Source: Octopus sinensis
Taxonomy: Eukaryota
DNA length: 64,000 nt
Reading direction: 5' to 3'
Assembly (NCBI RefSeq): GCF_006345805.1
Contig: NC_043009.1
Coordinates: 66,898,001-66,962,000, forward strand
Shown here: piece by piece, positions 39,761 through 52,201 of the stretch
Numbering within the stretch: the first letter of the stretch is position 1
Layout: every line of letters begins with the position of its first letter
Notes under the pieces: model-generated
Database searches by the model: none
What the model saw: only the letters and a program-made list of their open reading frames with translations
What the model was told of the DNA's origin: nothing
Made by a program: the position numbers and the translations under genes

Positions 39761-40371
39761 AATCGCTACCAATTACAAATGCGAAGGGGAGATAATATCA
39801 AGAATGAAGTATTCTCTCAAATCGACAAACCGTTAAGGAAAAGACAGTCTGATTGTCAGAAGACAAGCGGACAGCTGTGCGTATGTATTTCTGCCACAAT
39901 GGGCGTCATTAGTACAGCATTTATTCTGATTTATCTTCTTATCATCTTGAAAGGACAAGCACCAAATTTGAACATTGTGAGCTAGGAGGAATCCTGGAGC
40001 TAAATGCCACTACGTAATGCTACAGGTCTCAACGTTTCCATCTACGGTAAAAAGACACAGCTACTGCAAAAGCTTAAGTTGCAAAGGCCCAGAAATTTTA
40101 CTTAGTCGAAAAGCAAAACCATCGGAAATCTGCGTGTAAGGGATGCAAGCACATGCAGAACTTTGCTGAGTGTGCCCCAGCATGGCCACAACTCACGCAT
40201 TGAAAACAGCAGAAAAGTGAAAACGAAACACACTCTCACGCACACACACATATGTATATATGATATATATGTGTGTGTGTGCCTGTGTCTGTGTGTGCGT
40301 GTGTGTGTCTGTGTGTGCGTGTGTGTGTGTGAGAGAGAGAGAGAGAGATATACATAATACATATATATATA

Positions 40372-42079
40372 CACTACCGTCAGAAATTAATTAGTACCCT
40401 TGATTTGCTCTTCACTCAAGGTATGTGCTGTCACCTAGTGGCCATATCTCGAACTATTGCTTTGTTGCGAGTTCACCGTTGCGCAGAACGATGACATAAC
40501 TTTGTTTGCAGAGCGGTTTGAAAGTCTACAGCCTAATGATGTTGACATAGCAGTGCAACAACAACTTGGAGTGCGGATGCAGACAAATCTTCCTCTGTTT
40601 AATAGATATAGGTAGCGCCTCGCAAGGACCGAAATTACACCGTACTAAGTTTTCTCATCGTGTAAGACGTTTTGAACAGCTCGTAGGTTAATTGATTTGT
40701 GTATTTGCAAGATTTTTTTTCCTCACAAATTCTCCTACACTCTGCTTCGTGACGTCACTTCCGGTTCACAAAACTTTCTGTTATAAATCAAATAAGGTGA
40801 GAAATTCTGCTTTCTTTCTTTTTTGCTTAATGAATAATAACTCATAGCAGTTTTGTTATAGCATAACATTATTCAAATGAATAGTTTTAATGAAAATAAC
40901 TGGTTTTTATCGTTCATTCCTAGATGGGCCCAGACCTCGCATGACCTTGGAGAGACGGTACGAGCTGCTCTCGTGGCGTGGGAAGCTGTCGGAGGAGACT
41001 GCAATAGCCAGAAACTTGGTGTAGCCAGGCGCACAATTCAGTGCTTATTTAAGAAATACGAGGAAACCGGATCAGCAGCTGACAAAAAGGGTAGGGGACG
41101 GAAGAGGCTGACGACCCAGCGGGAGGACCGGATGCTGATCCGAAAGTCACTGAACAACCGAAGGGCAACGAGCCGGCAACTGGTGGAGGAGATGCAAAAG
41201 CAGTTGTCTACAACCACCGTCAAGACCAGATTACTGGAAGCTGGTCTAAAATCCTGTAGGGCCGCCTGTAAGCCGCTCCTTACAGCCCAAAACCGGAAGA
41301 GGTGGCTGCTCTGGGCCCGTGCCCACAAGACATGGACCGTGCAGCAGTGGCAGACAGTGATGTTCACTGACGAGTCGCGATTCAGTCTCGTCAGTGACAA
41401 GCCTGTCCATGTGCGACGCTGCAGGGGTGAGCGCTTCAACAAAGACTGCATTGCTCCCACCATGAAGCATGGTGGGGGTTGTCTGATGGTGTGGGGGGCG
41501 TTCAGCTACAGTGGTGTTGGGCGGCTCTATGCCGTCGAAGGCAACATCAACGCAGCAAAGTACGTTGAGATAGACGCGGATGCTGCCCTACCCTCTGCGG
41601 ATACCTCTTTGGTGGCGAGGAGTACGTGCTCCAGCAGGACAACGCGCCTTCCCCACACAGCCAAGCTCACAACCGGTTTCTTCAAGGACCATGGGGTGAC
41701 GGTCATGGACTGGCCTGGCCAGTCACCTGACCTGAACCCTATTGAGAACCTCTGGAGTCGATTGAGTAGGGATTTGAATGTGCAGCAATACAGGAACCGA
41801 CACGAGCTGTTTGGGGCACTTCTTGCTGCATGGAGGGCCATCCGCACAGTACCTGCAGGCACTCATAGACAGCATGCCGGCCCGTAAGCAGCTGTCATTG
41901 CTGCCAAAGGAGGAGCAACAAGATATTGACTAATTTCACGATTAATAACAATTATGTGGTGTGCTGGGATATGTTTTAATAAATTTTTGATTAAAAACGA
42001 TTCGTTTCTGATAATAAGTTAAGAAAATGTAAGAAAATGTAGAAATTTGAGAAGTGCTAATTAATTTCTGACGCAAGTG
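40372..42079 (+). mobile_element. Full-length Tc1-family DNA transposon (~1.7 kb)
   Basis: 26-bp TIRs (cactaccgtcagaaattaattagtac / gtgctaattaatttctgacgcaagtg, 3 mismatches), TA on both sides, internal transposase. Confidence 0.92.
40924..41929 (+). pseudogene. Tc1 DD34E transposase with a few frameshifts
   Basis: GRGRKR, KPLLT, VMFTDESRF (D at 41369), QQDNA in a shifted frame (D at 41638), WPGQSPDLNPIENLW (E at 41744) and AVIAAKGGATRY*. Confidence 0.9.
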
Positions 42080-42096
42080 TATATATACATATGTGA

Positions 42097-42371
42097 TGCT
42101 GGTGGTGGCGGTGGCGTGGTGGGCGGTGTGGTGGGTGGGTGGTGGCGGTGGTTGTGGTGGGGTGGTGGCGGCGGCGGCGGCGGCGGTGACGGTAGCGCGG
42201 TGGCGGTGGCGGCGGTGGCGGCGGTGGCGGCGGTGGCGGTGGCGGCTGAGGTGGCGGCTGAGGTGGCGGCGGTGGCGGCGGTGGCGGCGGTGGCGGCGGT
42301 GGCGGCGATGGTGGTGGTGGCGGCGGTGGTGGAGGTGATGTTGCTGGCGGTGGTGGGGGTGCTGCTGATAC

Positions 42372-42402
<31 letters not shown>

Positions 42403-42430
42403 GGCGCAGCTGATGCTGATGCTGCTGGTA
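42097..42430. repeat. (GGT/GGC)n trinucleotide array
   Basis: Read directly; G-rich on the plus strand. Confidence 0.9.
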
Positions 42431-43192
42431 ATAGGGAGGGGTGGCAGTTGAAGTGGTGCTTACTGCCAACATCATTTAGACGAGTAAATTTTTTTACTTC
42501 GAGAATTATCCTTGTTTCTTAAGGCGAACAAGGATTCATTTTCATTTTGGATTTTATTCCAAACAAGGGCTATAATTAACCATTTTCCAATGTTTAACGC
42601 CACCCAGCCACCCACCCCACTACCGCTAGGAGCCAACAAGGTCGGTTTTCTGAGACGTTCCCATTTCCATTGTATTTTTATCGTCTTACTGCAAGCCTTG
42701 AAATGGCTCCTTGTTTTACGGGAACTGCCCCCGAAAGAAACTAAAATGAACAGAGCAAAACTGTTGCTAAACAAAAAAACTTTAATGAACAAATAAGCAA
42801 ACAAATAACAAAAAATGGCAAACTAATAACATTTTGGGGAAAAGAACACGCCATAACAGCAACAACAACAACAACATTACGTATGCTTTTGCTTTGCCAA
42901 ATGAATTTTGCAAATAATAACTAAGTGCAATCGATCGCAAATGTTCCTTCGAAGAAAGAGGCGCGAGATATGGAACATTTTGTTGAAAGAAGTAAAGCTG
43001 TCGGCATTATTTTCGCGAGATCGTCGCCAACCTACGACGGTCTGTCATGGAGTCGTGCAGCATACCTACGCAATCTACTCTTGGCTCGTATTTGAATTTA
43101 TTTCTAAACTGATTCACACCTCTTTCTCCATTTAAAGCAGCAAATCGGTTTTTAGGGTCCACTTGATACATTGCTTCGATATCACATTGAAA

Positions 43193-43284
<92 letters not shown>

Positions 43285-44777
43285 CACCATTCACTCACCA
43301 TCTTGTCTCTTTGACACATAAACGATCACCCACTCCAACCGCTCTCCATACACACACACACAGACATACACAAAGAAACGACACACACATATAACACCAA
43401 CACTGTCACACGTTACCCCTTTTCTCCACGTACACACACGCAGAGATACATATACACTTACACCGATGTACATTCACCCACGCATACACTCGCACACACA
43501 CACACACTTACTCACACACACACACACATCCCTCCTCCCTCACCCGTTCCTGTTTTACTTGTCTACTCTGTGGGTCACACCTTCCTTGTCACCGAAAAGC
43601 TTTCTAACGCACACATCCCTACACACACTACATCTATTACTTACTGCCCTTTACTCTCCGCTCTCCTTTCTGAAGAGATTTTTCTTTCGATCTCGCCATA
43701 TTATTTCACACAATGCACTTTTAACCAACTTTTCGGCAACACACGTTCCTGCCCTTAACTGTTCAATACTCCTACCTCTTCTCGATAGATTTTACCAGGT
43801 TCTCCTCCGTGTGAATTCTAATTCTTTACCGTCCTTAGACGCTCCATCAACCCCTCCGGAGTTTTTACTAGTTTTGTAATTTTTAAAAAAAATCATTTCT
43901 GTCGCCCTTTTCTTCTCTTCACAAAACTAATAACTTTTCTTTCTTTTGCTCATTTTAGTTTTAACCTTTCTTCCGTCTAAAACCGTTTCACATTCATATA
44001 TTTGTACACCCATTTATTTACCACACCCTTCACATTCCCTCTTGCCTTTCCTCAACTATACCTTTTGCACACTCCGTTTAACCTTCCTCGACTCTTTACC
44101 AGTGATTTATAATTTTTAAATATTTTTTCTTTGACTTTTCTTCTCGTAGAACTTATAATATTTTTTTTTCTTCAGCGTAAAAAAGTCTCACACCTTATAC
44201 CCTCGCTCACACATACACATCTATCAAACCTTTCACATTCCACTTGCCTTCCCACTCGCCTCGCGCTCGCTAACGCATCTTTATATCAACGCATTCTTCA
44301 CACACAAACATTAACACACCACTAACCTATGCCAATACACTTTCACACTTAAGCACTTATACACATCCCTCCCCAAAAAATACACACACCAGTCTCTCAT
44401 ACGCCTGCATCCAGAGACAGATACACTCCTATACTTAAACATGTTCACCTGCACCCGCTTCCTTTATTTTCTTCTCCAGGTTACTGACCTCTCTTCTGTT
44501 TTCTTTCTCAATGACTAATCCTTTTTCTCACTCCTATACTTTTCTCTTTCTATTGATGAAGGTCTAACGTCCGAAACGTTAAGCCTCCCTCTTTTGTCCT
44601 ACTGTGTAGTTTTTTTAGCAATTCACCGTATTTATAGTATAAGTGTGTATGTATGCATGTATGTACACATTACTGTGCATGCATGCATGCATTTATATAT
44701 TTTTGTATATGTATGCGCGTGTGTGTACGTTTTTGTGTACGTATGCGTGTATCTATATATTTTTGTGTACATGGAGC

Positions 44778-45078
44778 GGTGAAGGCGGGTGACCTAGTGG
44801 TTCAGCTGTTGCATTCCCGACCGCAATGTGGTTTTCATACCCGGATCGGGCTGTCCGTTGTGTTCTTGAACAAAACCTGCAAAGCACCTCATTTCACGTT
44901 GTTCTGCGATCACTCTTCGATATCTGACGTGTTGCACGCCATACACCCGTACATGTAATGTCAATTTGATGGACGGAGTGAGCTAATGCACACTTGGTCC
45001 ACTGTAAAACAGATCATCTACGCAGGCTGTTCGGCAAGAAATATCGGAAGCCTCATCAGTCGTCAACAAGACTCCATA
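44778..45078 (+). mobile_element. Diverged tRNA-derived SINE abutting the gap
   Basis: GTGAAGGCGGGTGACCTAGTGGTT head and TTGTGTTCTTGAACAA body motif. Confidence 0.6.
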
Positions 45079-45178
45079 NNNNNNNNNNNNNNNNNNNNNN
45101 NNNNNNNNNNNNNNNNNNNNNNNNNNNNNNNNNNNNNNNNNNNNNNNNNNNNNNNNNNNNNNNNNNNNNNNNNNNNNN
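45079..45178. other. Assembly gap (100 N)
   Basis: Run of n. Confidence 1.
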
Positions 45179-45356
45179 TGGTGCACTCGTACTGCGAGGT
45201 TTACTGTACCTTGATTATAAAAAGAATTAAAGCATTTAGGAAATAACCAACTTCAGATTTGACATCTATGCACTCAAATTAGGTAATAATAAGTGTTGTT
45301 ATCAATGCAACAAAAATCTTGTCGACCAGTGTCAGCTGTTAATCAACACACACACA

Positions 45357-45450
<94 letters not shown>

Positions 45451-45459
45451 ATATATATA

Positions 45460-45659
45460 GTGATAAAAATGGTAAGACAACAAAATAATGAAAGAGACCT
45501 CGATATTATGTAGATAGAGGAATTTATCTGTAAATGTAATATGTGACAATTATCCGATGACGGATAACTGAAGAGATGACGGCGTGGATTTCCACCTCGG
45601 CATCCGAAACTCGGAGTTCATCGTGGCTACCGAATAATTGTCACATATTACATTTACAG

Positions 45660-45661
<2 letters not shown>
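45460..45661. mobile_element. Penelope-like inverted terminal repeat remnant with hammerhead-like motif (CUGAAGA 45568-45574, GAAA 45606-45609)
   Basis: 27-bp inverted repeat at 45527-45553 / 45634-45660 enclosing CUGAAGA-gatg..catc-c-GAA-A ctcggag U-U; stem I is imperfect. Confidence 0.5.
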
Positions 45662-45725
<64 letters not shown>

Positions 45726-46167
45726 TATAGATATATATATATATATATATATTATATTATATTATATATTATATATTCTCCTATTTATTTCTGTGTTCCT
45801 TTCTGTCGAGAGCGTAGGGTGTGTGTGTGTACGTGTATGTGTATCTATGTAAGTATTATCAGGCGCTTATTTTTAGTTTAATTTTAAGACTGTGTGACCA
45901 TAAATTTTTCAGATGGGCCATATCACCATGTGAGAGGTGTCCAAATTTCGAGAAAAAGGAGTATGTTGAATTGCTTAAACTCTAGAGCTTACAGAACGAA
46001 ACTAACCTTAGATTTGAATTCAACACGCTCAAGCGAGTGAAGAACAAGTGCTGGTGTTAATGCAACAAAAACTGTGTTTCCCTGAGTGATGACATAACAG
46101 AAATAATGTAACCCAGAACAGGCAATACAAGAAACAATACTTTATATATTTGCTTAATCAGTGGTTG

Positions 46168-46239
46168 AGTAGAATGGCGTAGTGGAAGTGTGCTGGACCC
46201 ATAACCTAAAGGTCCCTAAAGCGACCCTACACTCTGCGA
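46168..46239 (+). pseudogene. Initiator tRNA-Met (CAT) pseudogene or tRNA-derived fragment
   Basis: 72 nt, agtagaatggcgtagtggaagtgtgctggacCCATAACc...ctctgcga, colinear with eukaryotic tRNAiMet; T-arm/B box destroyed. Confidence 0.7.
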
Positions 46240-47033
46240 AGAATTGGGTGTTATTTTTGATAGTTAATTCATCGCAAATGAATTGTCTACAAATATGCCA
46301 ACCATATACATGTAGACCTCTAGAGGATTAGGTACAAATTATATTGTGCAATAGAAGTTTATATGGGGGTCAAAGGGTCACCAACTGACCAGGCAGCACC
46401 AAAACCCATGTAACGTTGTGGGCAAGGGTGACAACAACAACAACAACAGGACTTTTCACTTAGTATTTAGGATTTTATAAAATTTCGCGAGAACGTAAAA
46501 TAATTCTTTTTGGAAACGAATCTCGAAGCGCACACGAAGCTATAAATAATAGCACGTGATATCCCTTTTGAATAGGAAAAGTTGAAGGCAAGTTTCATTC
46601 TTTTCTATTCAAAGGGTTTTTCAACCCAACATTTATAGCTTTATACTTGCTTCGAGCTGCATTCCAAAATATATGCGGACAAGCATACACACGCATACAC
46701 TCACACACACACATATATATATATGTATATATATTTATGTGTGTATATGTGTGTATGGATGTATATATATATGTATATATATATGTGTGTGTGTGTATGG
46801 ATGTATATATATGTATATATAAATGGATGTAAATATATATATATATACGGATGTGTCTATATATATATATATGGATGTAGATATATTATATATATATATA
46901 TATAATATATCTATACTATATATATATATAGATAATATATATATATATATATAATATATATATATATATAGACTTTTATCTATACGTTTATCTATATATA
47001 TGTATGTATGTATGTATGTATGAAGGTATATCC

Positions 47034-47093
<60 letters not shown>

Positions 47094-48699
47094 CATATAA
47101 AATTTAGTCAAACCGAGTCAGAAAAATACTAAGATTTTAACATTGAAAACCTTATCAATTTCAAAATTTAAAATTGGACAGTTTACAAGGCATATACTTA
47201 TCAAATATAAAATACTGCAAAACAAACTGGCAGACAGGGAAAAGGAAGAGAAGCAAAATAAAAATAAGATATGAAAGATTAGGTGAAGAGGAAGAATAAA
47301 ATATAACGAACAGATAAAAAGAAATGCGTAAAAAAGAATACGAAGAAAGATATATGAGAGGGAGGCGGAAGGCAGCCTTGGAAAAGTACGAAACAATAGA
47401 AATGTGTCTCCAAGCGTTACATTATAATGTGTACACACGTATAGATACAATAATCTTGGTTGCTTGTGAAAAAGGCACGTATGTATATATTTAAGAGGAA
47501 AAGAAATTTCAGAAAAAATGGCTGCAAATATGTAATATAAAAATGTGAAAAATGGAGGCGGAAAGGAATAGAATGAAGAGAGGAGGATGTTGGCGAAGAG
47601 GAAAATGGTGAAGGTGTCTATGTAAACGGGGTGGAGGGAAATAGAGGTATGAAGTGTGCATAGAGTTTGATATAAGAATTGTGAAAAATAGAGTGACACA
47701 AGAGCTGAAGAAGATTTTTTAAAAACGGTAAGAATAAAGAGAAACGGAGGAAGAAAATGGAGAAACACATAAATATCAACAATGCAAGAGAAAAGATTCA
47801 TCAGTACTTATATAATATGTAAAAATCAATAGACAAAACAATTGCAAGTTCTTTTGTTTGCTTTTTCTTTTCTTTGCCTTTTTTTTTCTCGATTCTGAGA
47901 AAAGAAGATTCCAGTTTAGAAAAAAGTCTACAATACGACTTACAGACGAAATGCCTTTAATAACACTTAGCGCACAGAGAAAAAGCCTTTGACACAAAGT
48001 TACGAGTTATAAAGGAGAACTTTAAATATTCAAATAATATTCAAAGCACTTCAAAAGAACATTCAAAAAATCATCCGAAAAATTTCGTAGCGAAAAGCGG
48101 AAACGAGAAACTCGTGGCAGCGAATAGAATCTTAACATGTTATGCTTATCATTATTAGGAGTCTTATTCACTGCTGACGAAGTAGACGTGTTTTTTAACA
48201 AATCTCTCTTCGAAGCGAGGATTTTATTCAAGTTTTTAACCAAAAATACTCGAATGCAAATAACTTCAGGCAGTTTGGAGTCTCCCTTTACAGGAGCCAG
48301 TTAAAGAAAAGGTTTGTGTTTTATTTTTAGAGAATATTTTATTTATTCCTCTCACGTCCACCAACAAGAAAAATGGCTATGAACATCACACGCCACTCTC
48401 CCAAAAGGAAAACAGAAAATGTACAAAATAAAGCATTTCACTCAAAGAAAACAAGCAAAAACAGAATACTGATTTCATTGCGACGCAAAATATTAATAAC
48501 ATGTACAACCAAAGACATCTCAGACATTTTAACTCGACCAAATGGAAATATTGTCAACAACAACAACAACAATAACCACGTTAACAACGATAGTATGCAC
48601 ACACATATTGATTCGAGTGTAAACACAAATAAACGATAAATTGACTTTCTCTCATGTTCCGTCCAACAGGAAAAGCCCTGATATGAAACATTTTCCTGA

Positions 48700-49300
48700 A
48701 AGATCAAAGACTTAGAAACATTTTAGACACCGAACTGGGGCCAGCGTTCCACAAGTAATTACAGAGGCTCGTCGGAGGAGAAAAATACCGTTCCTCTGTC
48801 TCGCAAAAGAGACAACAGGCTTTCTGGTCCCGTCCAAATTCGATTTGGAGACATCCCTGGCATATTTTTAAATGAAATTTCTTTCGTCGAAAGGGAGAAG
48901 ACGGGGTGAAAACCCAAATCCAAACATTAGGTGAGACAAGCTACCTGTAAACTAATTTCGCAGGATTTAGGAAGAAGAAAGTCGAGGATGACCACCAGTG
49001 ATAGCAGGGAAGAGGTCAATTCTTGACCTTCATGGCAAAATATGGACAGGTAGTCGGGGCTGATGTACTATTTAGCGATATGTGGTGAAATTGAATCATT
49101 ATAAATACACATGTCCTTATAACAATACCAGAACTGCATCTGGAGAGAGGATGCCAAGAGGATAATCCTAAAGTTCAACATACAAAGTAGACAACCTAGC
49201 TGTTACCTATGTGGAAGCAAAAACCATCCAAAACTTTCTGTGCAGAAAGTTCAAAAGAACCAAAGCAACGACAAATCTTGAAGGTACAACTTATGAATCG
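48700..49300 (+). pseudogene. Decayed gag-like ORF1 remnant (zinc knuckle)
   Basis: FMAKYGQVV ... RQPSCYLCGSKNHPK(T)FC with a frameshift before the last Cys. Confidence 0.45.
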
Positions 49301-49929
49301 GCGAATGAAACTGGCTTATCTTCATTACAAAGAGTGCGCCATGGGTTCGTAAAATATCCCCTCTCAGCCACAACCAGCGAAGAGAACGCGCTTGTTGTAG
49401 GTATGCGTCTGTAAATTGGTGGAGGGAGATAGGGAGACGTTATTTGCCCCAGTGGTAAGAATCTCCATGGTTTTGTATGGCTTCCACGAACGGTGTTCGG
49501 AAATCTCCCACCCAGCATTAACACCAAAAGATTTCCTTTTCTTATTAATACTGCTTCCGTCGCCAAAATCACTTTTTGATAAGCCTGTTGGCTACTTGCG
49601 AACATCCGTATCTGAAAAGACGCTGATATTCTACATATCGCAACATTGAGATTTGACTGGCATGCCGTAACTGGACGCTTCTCATTTATGATTTCAAGTT
49701 GAATGAAATCACGTGATATGGGAATCTCGTTGCCAATGACAGATCATTCCCGTCAGCTACGATCTAAGTGTGTGCTTTTATACACCAAGCGCCCTTATGC
49801 GAAGGTCTCTCAAGGCTAATAACGCAGTATTCGGTGCTCTAACAAGACGTCCGTGTTGAGTTTAATGTAAAGTTTATAGGTTTTGTTTGTTTTCAGCCCT
49901 CGCTTTTGGGTTACCTATTTCTGGATCTT

Positions 49930-50140
49930 CATTTTATTTCTTTTATTTGTTTCAGTCATTTGACTGCGGCCGCGCTGGAGCACCGCCTTTAGTCGAGCAA
50001 ATCGACCCCAGGACTTATTCTTTGTAAGCCTAGTACTTATTCTATCGGACTCCCTTGCCGAACCGCTAAGTGACGGGAACGTAAACACACCAGCATCGGT
50101 TGTCAAGCGATGTTCGGGGTACAAGCACAGACACACAAAC

Positions 50141-50184
<44 letters not shown>

Positions 50185-50194
50185 CATACATAAC

Positions 50195-50226
<32 letters not shown>

Positions 50227-50442
50227 ATATATATATATATATATATATGTACATATATATATATAATATATATATATTATATATATACAATGGGCTTCTT
50301 TAGTTTCCGTGTACCAAATCCACTTGCAAGGCTTTGGTCAGCCCGAGGCTACAGTAGAAGACACTTGCCCAAAGTGCCCCGTAGTGGGACTGAACCCGAA
50401 ACCATGTGGTTGGTAAGCAAGCTACTTACAACACAGCCACTC
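49930..50442 (-). mobile_element. SINE family A
   Basis: Reverse complement of 7627-8030 with an internal (CA)n(TA)n. Confidence 0.85.
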
Positions 50443-50846
50443 CAATTGCGAGTTATCCCCCTTCCTGGTCGTCCTTGACAATGATATCATGTCGGTTAGC
50501 CTTGATTTCCCTGTCAGTATCGATTTCCCGTGTCTTGGAGTACGGTTGCTCACTCTCTCTCATTTTCGGAGATCTTTTCTATGTTTTCTTTTACCATTCC
50601 CTTTCGTTTGGCATTTCCTAATGCCCAGAATATGTCAACCCCGACTCTGTCGTTCTTGTGAACGTATTCTTTCTTAGCTAAGACTTGACCGCCAGTGACG
50701 GTGTGGTTATTTGCTTCTTGTTACTGGGGTCAATATATTCGACCAGGCCCGCCCACAAAATTTCAGGCCTTGTGCCTATGGAAGAAAAGATTTGCCAAAC
50801 CCCAATTCTCTCTTGTGTTGTCCCTTTTCGTTAGTAGTAGTAGTAG

Positions 50847-51057
50847 GGGCGAGCTGACAGAATCATTAGCACGCCGGGCGAAATGCTTAGCGGCATTTCG
50901 TCTGTTTTTACGTTCTGAGTTCAAATTCTGCCGAGGTCGACTTTGCCTTTCGTCTTTTCCAGGTCGATAAATTAAGTACCAGTTGCGTACTGGAGTCGAT
51001 CTAATCGACTGGCCCCCTGCCCAAAAATTTCAAGCCTTGTGTCTGTAGTAGAAAGGA

Positions 51058-51058
<1 letters not shown>
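50847..51058 (+). mobile_element. SINE family B followed by (TTA)n
   Basis: Homologous to 31712-31943. Confidence 0.85.
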
Positions 51059-51104
<46 letters not shown>

Positions 51105-51118
51105 TTATTATTATTATG

Positions 51119-51170
<52 letters not shown>

Positions 51171-51447
51171 TGAGAAAAATAGAGTAAGAGATGGAAGAGA
51201 GGATAACATTAGACACGACAGGTATCAATCTGAGGCAGAAAAAAATAAACACGCTCCAATATGTGTGCGCGCGCATATATATATATATGTGTGTGTGTGT
51301 GTATGTTGTGTGTGTGTGTGTGTGTGTGTGAGTGTGTGCATAAACATACATATAACTATATATATGTATATATATATACATATTTATAGAGGTGTGTGTG
51401 TGAATGTATATACGTGTGTATGTGTGTGTATGCATGTGTATGTATAT

Positions 51448-51481
<34 letters not shown>

Positions 51482-51589
51482 GCACACACGTCAGGCGGAA
51501 GGGCGTGTGCAACGAAGGCGATATAACATTGACGGTGAGATACGGTGGTGGCGGGGGGGCATGAATGCCGAAATAGTGCGATAGTGAAG

Positions 51590-52170
51590 TAGGAAGGAGG
51601 GAGGGGAAAAACAGTGGGAGAGAAAGGCGAGAAGAAGAGGAGGGGGAGGAGAAGGAGAAGAAGAAGGAAGAGGAAAAAGGAGGAGGTGGGGAGAGGAGGA
51701 AGAGGAAGAATAAGGAGGTGGGGGAGAGGAGGAAGAGGAAGAAGAAGGAGGTGGGGAGGAGAGGAAGAGGAGAAGGAGGAGGAGGAGGAGGAGAGGGAGG
51801 AAGTGGAAGAGCAGGACGAAGATGATGGATATGTGGAGGAGGAGGAGGAGGAGGAAGTGGAAGAGGAGGAGGAGGAGAAGGAGGAAGTGGAAGAGCAGGA
51901 GGAAGAGAAGAAGGAGGAGGAAGAGAAGAAGGAGGAGGAAGTGGAAGAGGAGGGAGAGAAGAAGGAGAAGGAAGGGGAGGAGGAGAGGGAGGAAGTGGAA
52001 GATGGAGGAGATGAAGAGAGGAGGAGGAGAGGAAGGAGGGGAGGAATAAGAAAGAGAGAAGGGAGGAGGAGAAGTGGACAGAGATGGGGAGAGGGAGAGG
52101 AGAAGAAGGAGAACCTAAGGAGGAAAGAAATGTGAGGAGGAAGAAGAAGAAGAAGAAGAAGAAGAAGAAG

Positions 52171-52200
<30 letters not shown>
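51590..52200. repeat. Polypurine (GAG/GAA) tract ending in pure (GAA)n
   Basis: About 600 bp almost devoid of pyrimidines on the plus strand. Confidence 0.9.

Positions 52201-52201
<1 letters not shown>

Noticed and set aside
41038-41862. Antisense ORFs within the Tc1 element
   Set aside because: They are shadow frames of the GC-rich transposase.
43560-44590. Pyrimidine-rich block (and a similar block at 47118-47801 minus) as a decayed Penelope ORF
   Set aside because: It ends in a UUGAUGA hammerhead-like motif, but no diagnostic protein motif can be read.
45012-45064. CUGAUGA-ggc..gcc-GAA on the minus strand as a hammerhead
   Set aside because: It lacks A15.1, stem III and stem I pairing, and the plus strand resembles the SINE tail (GCAGGCTGTTC).
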